Below the pieces are notes generated by a model. That model saw only the letters and a program-made list of their open reading frames with translations. It made no database searches and was not told the DNA's origin. DNA of 64,000 nt from Thalia democratica (taxonomy: Eukaryota), in assembly GCA_965202585.1 (NCBI GenBank), contig OZ241832.1, positions 55,366,001 through 55,430,000 on the forward strand. Direction: 5' to 3'. Within the stretch, counting starts at the first letter, position 1. Each line of letters starts with the position of its first letter. Positions 14,948 through 27,747 of the stretch are shown here, in pieces. The translations under genes and the position numbers were made by a program.

Positions 14948-17900
14948 TCAAGCCATCGATTGAAGTTCTGTTTTGTTTTCATCAATGTCATCATTTTCTT
15001 CGCACTGTAACAAAAAACTTGTAAAACATTAGAAATTATTTTAATAAAATGGTGTATTTTTGATTTACAAATTTTAAACAGATTAAGTTAAGTTGTCATA
15101 TTTAAAGATAATATATAGATTATTTTCGTTAGTGTTACGTCTGTTTCAATCGTTAAATTTAGTTTAAGCTTTTAGCTATATTTGCAACTGTTTACATTTT
15201 CAACAATAGGTTAAAACTAAATTTTCAGATATTTATTATACTACGGTATTTTAACAAATAAACTTTATAAATAAAAACAAAGTCAAGTAGTTAAAGTTTT
15301 GATTTTTGCATTACAAAAAATTGTTAAAATAACATTTCAATATTTTCCCTTAGTTGGAGCTATTGAGGTGATTAAATTAAATAGATAATTAGAATAAGAA
15401 TCCGAAAAAAAAAACAATAAACAGATGACTTAGTTTAGCGTAACACTTCGGCTGAACTTATCTTTTGCGTCTAACTCATTTTGTGTAAGCTTTTACTTGC
15501 AAAATTTGTTAACCATATTATAAAGTACTCGTTGTATATTTTTGCGAAATAAAACAAGTTGTGACTTTGTTACAAATCGATCTTTAATTGTTTTTTTTAT
15601 TTGTATTGAGTATTATTATGCAGTTTTTGCTAAAGTTTCATAGATACGCTAGCTTAATTTATTAACTTAAAGATGATGTATAAGGTTTAATTTCATTTGT
15701 TCATGTACAAACTCTAAAGCAATAACAGAAAGTCATAAATTTTTTCAGAGGCTTACAAGACATCCTTGTACAGGTCTATGAGTTGAGTTTAGTTAACAAA
15801 ATAAAAACGCTTGTTAAATCTGATGATAGAATTCTTATAAGGTCTACCAATAACATTATACTAATTAGTAACAGTACTACTATATTACACTCCCGTACTA
15901 CTACAGTTAAAACCCTGCTGCATCATTACTTCTACTTAATTCTACAAAAAAGAACCGTGTGAAGAAAAAAAACGCTTTATAATTTTTAAGATTTTTATTT
16001 GTTTAAATACTGAGCCTTTATATGAAATATAGCGGAAACTGGTCACAAGAAAGTAAGCTTTATAATATAAAATGCACCTTTGAATTGTACAGTTTTTTTT
16101 TTACAGTTCTTACCTAACTTCTGCATTTATTAGCATTTTATGCACGCAAATAAAAAAAAATCATTACTTTAGAAAATCCTATCAAACAGCTAAAACATAC
16201 GTACCTTCTAAATTTGAACCGAACTAATTGTATTGAAAACAAAGTTTAACAACCATAATAAAATATACTTACCAGAGAATAAAACCAAACATTTTAAAGT
16301 CGAAGTGCAATTTATTATTTAGACTTGTACTACTTAGGTTCGTACTTCCTGTTTAGTACGCACTTAATAGCTGTATTAAAAGTTCATTCTTAAGGAAAAG
16401 GTAAAATTATTAATTTCTGTTTTTCTCTAAACTGACACCTAACGGTAAAACAAATCAGTCTTAATTAAAGTTTATAAGAAAACGTTGACTTGTCAATTCT
16501 AAATGCAATTTACTTTTACGTATTCCGAACTATTTACCTTCCAAAACACTTGGTCTTCGTACAATTCGTCATGATTCATTCTGTCGAACAGCGGAAGTGA
16601 CATGATCAATCCGGTTATTGCTCCTGTCACTAGGGAGAGTGCTATGCAGACTACCAGCGAGTAGATTTGGAACGCGGCTTGATCCTCGCGTTTGATCAGT
16701 ATTTCGTAGCTGAAATTTAAACGTGACTAAATAACATGTTTCGTTTTTATGTTTAGCATCTTCCAAGTTAAACTTGAGTAAAAACTAAAAAAACACCAAA
16801 AAAAAATATTTAGTTAGTTTCAATGGTACTAAATCAGAAATAAACCTTAACTGTAAGTTTGTATAGCGTAAAATACATTTGTTAAATAAACTTCAACCTA
16901 TTTAACTTAATTCAACCTACCTATCTTTGTATTGTTCTTTAGTGGCGAGAGATGCGAGTATTGCACTGATGCAGGCTCCTAAGATTCCGGGCATCCCGTG
17001 AAGATTGTGCACTCCGCAAGTGTCGTGGAGACCTATCTTCTTCTGAAGAAGTGGCTGTAAAATAGTTACTGCTTAGTTGCTTTGAATTTTAAACTTATAG
17101 GTGTTTAGTAGCTACTAATGCAAAAAAAACAAAGCTTTTAATGCTGATGGGTGCTGAACATATGTTTTGATGTAACATTTGTTTTATGTAATCAAGTACA
17201 AATGTTATACTTTATAGTACTTAGACTTTTAAGTATGTTGCTTTAAGTATATCTTGAATGTTGAACAAAACAATTAAGATTTGTAATTACAGATTTGTAA
17301 TTGTAACACAAAAAAATTAACTTAAGATGTACCATGGTGCTTTATTTTTAACTTTTATCGCGTAATTTTTTGTTTAACTTGTACAAAATTATTTTATATT
17401 CTGTATCAACCATTGCAGAGAAAAACAGAACTTAATTAAAAATTATATTTAAAATAATCTACTTTTATGACTTATGTTTACTTTTGAGATCAAAAGCTAT
17501 AAGTAAAAAAATATCGTCTACAAAAGACAAAAATGTTCTACTTTTTTTGATATCAGCATTAGTTGCTTAATCGAACTACTTTTTATAAATGTAAAAACAA
17601 TTGAAAAGGTGTTTTATTATAAATAACTAATATATTTCTGTAGTAGTTATTAAAGTATATTACTATTGAACTTTGTAGTATATAGTTATTTGCCTTAACT
17701 AAAAGAGAATGCTCAATTTACTGAAATGTAAATAGGTTATTTAAATATTTTTTTGCAATTTAAATATTTCTATTCACGACCTTTTCAAAGCAATATAATT
17801 CGGTGGCAAAAAAATTGCGAACTTTTAAAGAAAATTAAAAATATTAACTTTGTACTAAAAACTTTTAATTTGTTTTATACACTTTAAAGAATTTTGAATT

Positions 17901-20900
17901 CTTTGCTTATTATTTTGAAATTATTAAGTTTATTTTATTTACCTGAACATAGTAGTATCCGAGCGTAGAAACAATACCGGCAACTGTCCCCATTATAAGT
18001 GCAATGTACGGTTGAACGAGGAAATCTGCGTTTGCCCCCATTATAACACCACCTGCCAGTGCTGCGTTTTGTACGTGCACCTGTAAGAAATTTGAAAGTA
18101 TTATAATCTTTTGAATGTTCTAGTTTGCAAAAAGTGTAGTTTACCAGAATGTAAAATTAAATTGGTCGATTTCGTTAGTTATACAATCTGCTATTTCAAT
18201 CACACCGCTTGCTAAGCCTGTTATACTTTTGTCAAAGCTCAAAACATTTTTATCATTTTATTAGGTATTGAAGTACAATGCAAATCTACTATTACTGGGT
18301 TTTGCAAACAGTTTTCAAATAGTTTATTTATGATGAATTTGGCGTGATTAATTTTATGGATTAAAAGAAAGCTTGACCTACTTGACCGCATTGATTACAC
18401 CATCTGATACTTAAAACCCGCCGCAAGGTTTTAATATTTTTTTTAATTTTTGCATAACACTAATTGCTAATACTTCAGTGAATAAAAAACCAATAACTTA
18501 ACAATGACTTACTCATTTTGATAAAAATTAAAATCATAACAAGACTCTTTAAAACGAAATAAAATGAGCTTTGAAAATTATTTATAAGTTTAAAACATTC
18601 AAACAATTATGTTTTTACAAAAAGTTAACAAACAGTTAATAAAACGGTTTGATATATAATTTTCAAGTGAAAATTGATTAGAGTTTTATTTAGATTATAA
18701 TGTTTGTAATTACTCACATTTTTATAAAGTAATAGTAGTACAATAGTTATTGATAAATATCATAAACTAATTCATTAGAAAGAAAACTTAACTTTTTTTT
18801 AACTATGATAACCATTTAAAATTCTATGTTTGATTTTTATTAATAATTATTTTTATTTGAAAAAGTTCTAGTGCTGCTGTTATATCTGTAGAACTACTTT
18901 ACAAACTGTTTTATGCTTTTTGCGTGCGAATATTTTTGTTTTTTATTATTAAACTATTATAAAACATAAACTAAAGAAAGAATTTTATATGTATGTTACT
19001 GAAAAAAAAAATTCACAGTTTTTAAGGTTTTAAACATTGACAATACCTTACTGTCGTGTAGCATATAAAAACATAAAGATATCTAGAGACTTATGTATCA
19101 AACTATTAATTTTCTAAGTTTAAGCGATATTAAATCAATCAAAAGTGTTAGAATATATTATTTAACGATTTATATGCTTTTAAAATTATAGTTTAATATA
19201 AGTTAAATGTACAATCAGAAAATTTTACGCAAGTGAGCAGATTAAATAGCATGAATGAAAATATAGTTTGTCGCAACAATTAATTGATAAGCGTTCCAAA
19301 ATTATTTTTTTTGTGGTTAAAAGAAGTATTAATTGGTTTTCCTAAGTTTCACAACAATTCAAGGGTACTATTTAGCTTACTAAACAAATAATTATTAGCT
19401 CTAATATGAATTCTTCTAATGAGCATTCTATCATTACTTTTGCTTTGAGTGTTTGCGTTAATTGTTTTTTTAACCTCATATTGTTTAACGGAGCTACGCT
19501 TTTAGCTTAACAAACAACAATTGCTTCAATTTTGATTAGCACAAAGTCATTTATCGGAATGTAATTGTGTTTTTTATTAATCAACTTATTATTGAAATAT
19601 TTTATTTTCTGTTATTGAAGTTTTTTAGCAGTATAAAACTAGCGTCACAATGCACTAAACATTATATTTGTTACAACACGTATCTTAATGTATGATATAA
19701 TTTTGCTTGTTTGTGTTTGTTATAAAAAATTATTTATTTTAAAAGTATTCAAGCAACCTTTTTTTTCAACAATTTAATTAGAAAATCAAACATTGAAATT
19801 ATTTATTAGACATTAACGGAAATCAAACAATTTTGCTTTGTAATAATTTGCACAGTTATAAATTTTAATTTAATATCGTTTGAAAATTTATTTATATTAA
19901 AAAGTATGTTAACTCTTTAAAATACCATATTCAACTTTTAGAAGGTGTTCAAGGTCTGAAAAAATTATGAATCAAACTCCTGAAAATGTAATACACCTAT
20001 ACTACTTATAACTATTTTCTCGAAATTTTCAGTGATGCAATGAAGCGCTCAGAAAAAATTAAAAAAAAAAGTCTTTTTTAAATATGAAAGATATATAACT
20101 ATTTTTTTTTCTACTAAATACCTAGTTGCACAAAATTAAGTACTAAAGATAACGTAAACGGGCTTAAATTGCATTAATAACGTGTGTACATAAGCTTTGT
20201 TCGTAAGATTAGTAATTACAACTAATCTATCAAACTTGTTGTACATATCAAGCACTGCTGTCAATGTAACGTTAGTTTGTTAAATAGATCATACATGTAA
20301 AGTATATGATACAATTCATTAATTAACAGCGCTCAACGTAGATAAATTACATGGTAATTACCGAAAGTATAACTAACCACTTTGTATTGCTTGTAATTTT
20401 TATAACTCTATCACCAAGGTATCATAGCTAACTAAGTTTAAGAAGTACAAACTAGAAATCCTGGCAATTATGACGTCACTAACCATGTCGAACTTGTTGT
20501 CTTTGTTCAAAACAGCCGACAGTGCAAAAGTGCTAGTAGTGCATGCTGACAAGGACATTATCGTGTTGATTATGGCCCTTTGTCTGTCCGCCCCGGTGGC
20601 AGGTCCCGCGTTGAAACTCGGCCAAAACAACCACAAAAACAGTGATCCTAGAATTTTATCATTAAAATTAAATGAATATGTTTAGGTTGCTACAAAAAAT
20701 TGTTTAAAAATACGTCTATAACTTTAAGCATATTTTGATCTAATGACATAAACTCTTCGAAACTTTAGTACAAAGTTATTGAGTTTTAAATTAAGTACTT
20801 TTTATTTTTTGCTTAATCCGTAAAGTATTCGATATCATAAAATAATAAAAACAAGTTAAGATAAAAGTTACATAGCTACAAGTTTAAATAAAAAAGAAGT

Positions 20901-23900
20901 TTACAGCTGGTAAAAGTGTTTTTAATTATCTTTTTTAAGTGTTGTACAAATACAATCAGAATAATAGTATCTTTAGCTTAATATTACTTTGCACCCTGCA
21001 TCTCTTTATACTCACTTTTTATTAATATAATTTACATTTTACATGCTCTTTTGAAGACATTAGCTTAAAAACAAGTGAAGCATTACACTTAACATAATAA
21101 AAAAAAAAAAACCAATCATAGCGAAGAGATCAGACTGGTAGGAAGATCCTTCCTTTTCATTGGTAGAAGGAGCGAATTTGCTTAACACAAATGAAACAGC
21201 GAGTCCGAAGTAGCAAGCGAATATGTGAATGACAATTGTGCCTCCTACATCGGTGAGCTAATAAAGTTTTACACTAGTCGGCTAAATATTAATATTAATA
21301 TAGATATAATCGTCATGTGTTATAAGTATGAAACAAAGTTTTAAACATGTTAGTATTTAATTTTGTAGCTTTTCAAACAGGGTGGAGAAAACCTCTATGT
21401 ATAATTTTAAAACTTTTCATAAGTTCGACGTAAACAGAAAATGTTTTAAGCCTTGCATCTGTCAAAGTTGTTTGGTTAAGCATAATAAGAAACAAATGTT
21501 CAATTAATAAAAATAATGTTCTGCTTTAAATTTTAATAAATCTCGTTAGGTATTCTATTTAATTATATTGGATTAGTGATTTATGTGGTTCTTCGTTAAG
21601 AATTTATTACAGTACTTTTATAAAGAAAGTTTATTTTTTTTAATGCTACGTTAATTCTTTTTATGAACTATATTTAATTTTCTTAAATTGTCCTGGTGTA
21701 TTAGCTGTTATGTCTATTTTTACAGGCATTAATTTACTAGCTTACTAAAGGCATTATCAAAACTACTTAAACTAATAAAAATAAGTTTAAAAAAAAGCTT
21801 TATTGTTTCTTTTGAAACATATTTTTTATATATATTACAATATATTTTTTAAATACTAACTTGCAATCCTTCAAGACAAACGTAGACACCAATGTTGTAA
21901 AACACCACCTCCAAAGTTGCCATGACAACCAGTTGCGTGGGGCTGACCACACCCAATACACAACAAAAAGATATCAGGATGGTAGCCACCGCGAAATCGG
22001 CGTGGAGGAAACTGAGGTATTTAAGTTTTAATGTTTTAAGTAAATTAAGTAAATGTTTAAGTTTAATTTTTATTGATTTAAAACACAGCTACTTAATTTT
22101 TTATTTTTTTCCCTGTTTAATCATGTTATGAACATGAAAAATAGACCGTGTTAATAAAGACGACAACCTTTACCATATTTATGCTTTTTAAACTTAAGTT
22201 TAATGTTTATTTAATTACAATAAAGTTAAAAATTTTTACCGCGTTAAATTATGTTATTACATAAACCATATAAAATTTCAAAAATGTTGTCATTGTTCAT
22301 TTTCTAAAGTGCGGTTTTCTAACAGACCATAAAACTAATAGTCTAAATATCAATTTAGTTTCCACTTAAAAACCTCTCAAAATTGAGCTTAGTGTTTTTT
22401 AACAAAAAACTTAATTCAATTTTGTTATATATAAACAAACTAAAAACCTCTCCAAGCTAAGCTTAATTGTGCCGTCGCCCCCCACGTTACCAAACCATCC
22501 GTTGACGAGAAGCGACCACTGTATGACGTAACAGGTGAGGAGAAAGTCGAAACCCAGCGAGCCGTATCCGTGACGTTTGAGGAAGCTCAACAGGAAGCCG
22601 ATACCGACCAGCATCATCACGTGCACGTCTTGAAACACTGCGTGACGTCATAAAATGTTTTATGTTTATATAAATACTGTCATTAAAACTTTTATTTTTT
22701 GAACTGATTTAGATTGATGCAGATGATCTTATTTAAAAAAAGAAAACTTCTTGATTTGATTGTCAAGAATATAATGTATCATTTTAAAGCTGTTTTCAGC
22801 GCTGTACAAAACTGTAAAAGTTAATCGGTATATTAGTTTGATTTATTGAACAACATTCTTGTTTCACCTATTTTAAATTATAAATGAATTAATATAAAGT
22901 TTATAAAGATCATGAGCATATGTTTGATTTATTGAACAACATTCTTGTTTCACCTATTTTAAATTATAAATGAATTAATATAAAGTTTATAAAGATCATG
23001 AGCATATGTTTGATTTATTGAACAACATTCTTGTTTCACCTATTTTAAATTATAAATGAATTAATATAAAGTTTATAAAGATCATGAGCATATGTTTGAT
23101 TTATTTAACAACATTCTTGTTTCATCTATTTTAAACTATAAATTAATTAATATAAAGTTTATAAAGATCATGAGCATATGTTTAAAATTTTCGGAAAATC
23201 GTTTTTAATACTTATTTAATCTGAAATAAAACATCATAACGGTTTATATTAGTCTTAAGTTTTAACTAAGTTGAAAACTTAAACTATATTGAACTTTACG
23301 AAACATTATAAATTACTACACAAATTATGTCACTGAAACAAATGACACGTACGAGGGTAAAGTTCCGCGTCTTTCTTTAAAGCATCCTTTTGTTCTTGTG
23401 ACGTATTGTTCTTGGGTCCGGTGTGATCGGGATCGTACTCCACGAAAATTCCGAACAAAATAATGAAGACTACTTGGGATGCAAATAAAAATCCCGATAT
23501 TAATCCCCTGGTGTTGCTGTGTATAAAAAAATATATTCAACTTACAGAGATAAAAGTTATCTAGAAATTTGCATGGTGTTTTTAAATAAATTTTAGATTA
23601 ATATCACTTAATTTTATTTTTGAATTAGTACTATAAAATCTGACTGAAAAATCAATGTGTACTTTTGGTTAAGTTATTGTTATAAAATTATATCGCTAAC
23701 GCCTTTAATAAATTAACTGTTTGAGAAATTTAGTTGTGAAAAGTAAATGACATGCGTTTTTTTATTTTTTGCTTTATTCCGTTTCGGCATTGAAATTTTT
23801 TTTAATCCTTTTGTTTCTAAATAAATTAACCGTATGAGATTCAGGTCAGTACAGCAAGCTTAGGAAAAAATTGAAGCTGTTGCAAAGTTAAATCAGTTAT

Positions 23901-24295
23901 CTACTGTCCCTAAGTTACTGACAGTTTCTATAAAGTCTTAAAATTTTTCTATTTGTTTAACATTTTAGTTTACATAACAATTAAAGTAATAATTTAGGTC
24001 TTTGTAGATAGTTTATACCTAAATGTGTTAATTAGTATAGCTTGAAAAGTTAAATCAGTTGTTTACTGTTCTTAAATTACTGACAGTTTCTATAAAGTCT
24101 TGAAAATGTTTTCTATTTGTTTAACTTTTTAGTTTACATAACAATTATAGTAATTGTTTAGGTGTTTGTAGATAGTTTATACCTAAATGTGTTAATCAGT
24201 ATAACTTAAAAAATTAAATAACAAATAATCAAGTATGATTCCATATGCTTATTATACGTAAGCTAAAACAATCAGTTGTTTGAAACTAACGTCAT
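14948..24295 (-). CDS. Rh50: Rh-family ammonium transporter (Rh50 glycoprotein, RhAG/RhBG/RhCG-like, SLC42), copy L; complement join 24291..24295, 23353..23516, 22448..22637, 21861..22011, 21113..21257, 20484..20647, 17943..18080, 16921..17054, 16538..16709, 14948..15004; 439 aa
   Basis: All introns GT-AG and phases join without a stop (1,320 nt). Motifs [69 protein letters not shown]. Exon sizes 151/138/134 match vertebrate Rh exons. First (5 nt) and last exons are inferred from splice signals and frame. Confidence 0.92.
16273..16370 (-). other. Candidate stop-containing cassette exon in last intron of Rh copy L
   Basis: TTTTAATACAG acceptor, then CTA TTA AGT GCG TAC TAA, ending at a perfect CTG|GTAAGT donor; 98 nt, same length as in copy R. 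Confidence 0.4.
22836..23179. repeat. 86-bp tandem repeat, 4 copies, in Rh copy L intron 2
   Basis: Unit GTTTGATTTATTGAACAACATTCTTG...GATCATGAGCATAT starts at 22836, 22922, 23008, 23094. The sister arm has one copy (~34895-34980). Confidence 0.95.
23884..24207. repeat. 162-bp tandem duplication in Rh copy L intron 1
   Basis: AAAGTTAAATCAGTT... units start at 23884 and 24046 and are moderately diverged. The sister arm has a single unit (~34024-34185). Confidence 0.9.
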
Positions 24296-24341
24296 TTTTC
24301 TAGTTACAAACTTTCCAGCTTTCAGTAAAAGTGTTTGGCTT

Positions 24342-24375
24342 GAATGAAATTGAAACCAGCCTCGCTAACTTTATA
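24342..24375 (-). promoter_or_regulatory. TATA box + Inr core promoter of Rh copy L
   Basis: TATAAA (complement 24370-24375) lies 30 nt upstream of the A of TCATTC (complement 24342-24347); identical in the sister arm; ~50 nt upstream of the ATG micro-exon. Confidence 0.6.
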
Positions 24376-25247
24376 ACAGCTCAGTTAACCGCTTAACCTT
24401 TTTCTTTTTTAACCACTTTATGAATTTTACACGTAAACCTTGTATTTGCAATTAAAACATCTCATAATTATCGCAAACAGGTTTTAACTCGTATGTGCAT
24501 ATTTTTGTAAAAGTCATGTTAATTTGGTCGTTAGATTTAAACCACATATATGTATTTACTTAAAACTATCTTACGTGGTTTTATTGCATTAGGAATTTCT
24601 GAAAATAAAATTATGATTTTTTTATTCGAACTTGTTTTTTGCTATTAATCATACGCACTTGGGTCAAATAATACTTAAAATTTTATTTGTTGTTTTGAAC
24701 GGAAATGTTTAAAAAAGAAAATTTAGGCTTGTTTTTGTAACCACAACCTTCATATTTTACTGTTGACTGTAAACAAAAAATAATTAATTTGCACTAAATC
24801 TGCACCACATCTGAATTTATACACATATTATTGGTATTTTAATATTGAAACTCAAAATAAAATAAAAAGTATTTGTATGATGAAAGTTGTTTTTTATTAA
24901 TAAATAGCATATAGGCCAGGGTTTCCCAAACTCATTTACTAAATCGCCCCCTTTTTAGTAACTTGAAAAAAAAATCGCCCCCCACGATTTTACAAAGTAG
25001 TTTTTCTTTTGAGTACAAACTTTTGAGCTAAAAAAAGTTGTGTTCGAAATGTAATTTAGTCTTGTACTTCTTATGCACGCACTTTTGTGTACAAAGTAGT
25101 TTACAGGGCTTGAGAAAATAGTTTACAGTTATTTTCTTAGAAGCCCAGTAAAGTTTATTAAAATACTTAATTCTTAAAAAGCGTTGATTAATCTGTAATC
25201 AATCCTGTTTAAATATGATCTGTTTTGAAACTATTGAAACTTTTAGG

Positions 25248-25574
25248 TCAGTGGTGGACAACTTTTGTAGTCAGCAATTCATATTTACTAAAAAATATTT
25301 TCTATTTTCAACTCGTTAGAAAATGTAATTGCGGGCTGCATGATTTAGAAAAATTACAAATAAGAAAATTGAAAAACTCGAGCAAAATTGTAGTAAAATG
25401 ATTTAGTATTATTGTGATTTAGGAAATACTTTTGTGAACTGAAAACGAAATAAAAGCGTATATCAAAGTATTAAATATCAAAAAACTAAATTTTATTTAT
25501 TTTGCACAAGTATTTTTCAATTTACTTAGCGGGTCGAAATTCGACTGGATCTGAGCCGTACGTTACCCACCTGA
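25248..25574. mobile_element. Degenerate MITE-like element nested in the hAT insertion
   Basis: Begins CAGTGGTGGACAAC, ends GTTACCCACCTG (imperfect inverted ends), with internal GCGGGC-type motifs typical of Charlie-like MITEs; no clear TSD. Confidence 0.4.
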
Positions 25575-27238
25575 AATCTTAACTTAAACCTGATATTTTA
25601 ATAATATCTCATATAATAAATTTCGGACATTTAGAAGTTAATACTAAGTAACTTATTTAAGCCGCACAAAATACTTAAAATACTTTATAAATAGGCTTTT
25701 TATAAATATATATACCAGAGATTAAAAAACTATAAAAGAATTAACAGTTTATTTTACACTAAATGAAATAAATATTAAAACATTATTTCTGATCTAGTTA
25801 AAATAGTTTGACCGACTGGTTGATTATCTCACATGAAAAGTGGTTTAATCAACAGCTTCAGTTAATGCAGTAAATTTACTAATTTCAATGCTAAGATATA
25901 TTGTAAGCAAGTTAGTTGTAAAGTTGAAAAATTAATTTTTAACTTTTTAAACTATTTGTTTCGTAGTAGAATACCATGAAATAGCATTTGACTTGGAATA
26001 ATCTTTAGGGAACTAAACCTTAATTCTAACAATTTTTTTTCTTTATTTAAATTCAAAAAAAAAATCCAATGTTTTACAGTTTATTCTGTGAACAGAAAGT
26101 ATTCAATTAAAAAAAACTTTTAACTAGGTTTAAATTTTGTTTTGTAATTGTAGCAGTCTTCTTGATGGCTTATTTAATTCTGTTTAAAAAGTTTTTTTTC
26201 TAGCTATTAGCCTACAATAATTTTACAGAGGAAATTAGTGAAAACTAAAAGCTAGTGTTGAAGTATTAAAATAAACTAAGTATATTCTAATTGCTAATAT
26301 ATATTGAATTAAGATAAAACAAAAAACAGTTGTATTAATAGTTTAAAACTCCTTATATTATAATAATCTTTTGAACAATAATAAATCAAGTTAGAAAATA
26401 AAATTGTGTTTAAGAAACTTTTAAATGAAAAAGTAGAAGTCAATTCAAATAGAAACCTCAAATTTATAGTCTTTTAAAACCAAAAAAATCTTTTTAGAAA
26501 TAAAAAATTTAATGGTTGTTAAAATATTACAATCAGATAATAGTTTTATAGTGATATAAGTTGTATACATATTAAACTAGTAATAACAAAAACCTGTCAA
26601 ATAAAGGTCTTTCAAACAAATAAATTAATCACTATGCTATAAAAATTTTTAGTGTAATGTAAAACAACGAATATCAACTACAAAATTAACCAGGTCAAAA
26701 TAAAATTATTAAAATCTTTAAAACATAAACCTATTAATAAATATAGTAGACTTCCGCTTGAGTTCGCATTTTGAAAAAAATCAATAAGTGCAAACTCAAA
26801 AAATTATAACCATATTTTTTTTTTACAAAATGACAAATTTCAATATGTTATATGCAATGATGTTATGAATAAACATGAAATCCACTAAAACATAAAACAA
26901 ACTTTGATAAAAAAAAAAAAGATCTATGTAAGCTATTAAATATTATATATATATATTTTTATTAATATTTAGTTAGTAATAGACTTTACTTCAGTTAAAT
27001 TTAATAAAATATAAATTTGCACTTTTTTTTAGGTAAAACTCAAGAGGAAGTCTACCGTAAATAATATTTATTTGGCATTATGCAAACCTGTTGTAGAATT
27101 AATAGCTTAATAAAGTTGTTATTATAAAAAGACTACTCAAATACAATACAAACCAGGTTAAATAAGAAATACTTCAAAAGATCAAATAAAATAAACAAAA
27201 CTTTCATAAAATAATGTCTGCTACTGAAGTCTAATATA

Positions 27239-27624
27239 ATGAGGAGGATGAGGAATATGACTGCATGCAAGTTTTTCTAATCTGATTCTTAATCAGTAAA
27301 ATAGAGCCTTAAGTCACCTCCTATATAAATATCTAGATTAGACCTTTTACTCAAAATGTTGATAACTGAACTGAAAGCTTTCTCAACAACATAGCTAGAA
27401 GGAAAAGCTATAAACAACAATCTAAATTCCTCTAAAATAATTGGATACTTTTGCCTTAGTTTTTGTTGATTCCAAAAGCTTTCATATCGTTCTTTGGAAG
27501 AATTTACTTTAAGTTCAAGGTCAGTTTGTAAGTCTGAGAAGGTTTCCTGTAAGTCGTTTACTTCAAAAGTATTTGCCTCGAAGAAATCCATACTTTTATC
27601 TATATGATAGCTTTTTTGTGTCAA
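27239..27624 (-). pseudogene. hAT (Buster/Charlie-type) transposase C-terminal dimerisation-domain remnant
   Basis: ORF 27289-27624 reads FW...KYP...LFIAFPSSYVVEKAFSSV...GDLRLYFTD. After a stop/frameshift it continues KLACSHIPHPPH, resembling the Buster-type C-terminus. No catalytic core is present. Confidence 0.85.
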
Positions 27625-27659
27625 ATCTAAATTTTACTACTTAGTATGTTAAAATTGTT

Positions 27660-27747
27660 AAAAATACCAGATTTTTTCCAGGTTTTTTTTTGCTTAAATT
27701 GTCAAATTCTAGGTTTTTCCAGGTTTCTAGGTAAATTGGCAACCCTG
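27660..27747. mobile_element. End of a CAGGGTTGCC-type non-autonomous DNA element
   Basis: Repeated TTTTCCAGG motifs ending GGCAACCCTG; the same terminus occurs at 62717-62726. Confidence 0.5.

Noticed and set aside
15820-15826. Other CTGATGA motifs (15820 and its mirror at ~42084; complement 55349-55355) as hammerheads
   Set aside because: No correctly placed GAAA...UH core or stems.
20470-20685. Antisense or off-frame ORFs over Rh exons (20470+, 37100-, 21922+, 35882+, 16569-, 41145+, 41684-, 41785+)
   Set aside because: Shadows of GC-rich real exons or their duplicates; no independent protein signature.
22836-23179. CRISPR-like interpretation of tandem arrays here and at 48.1, 55.7 and 59.7 kb
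   Set aside because: No unique spacers between repeats, eukaryotic intron context, no cas genes.
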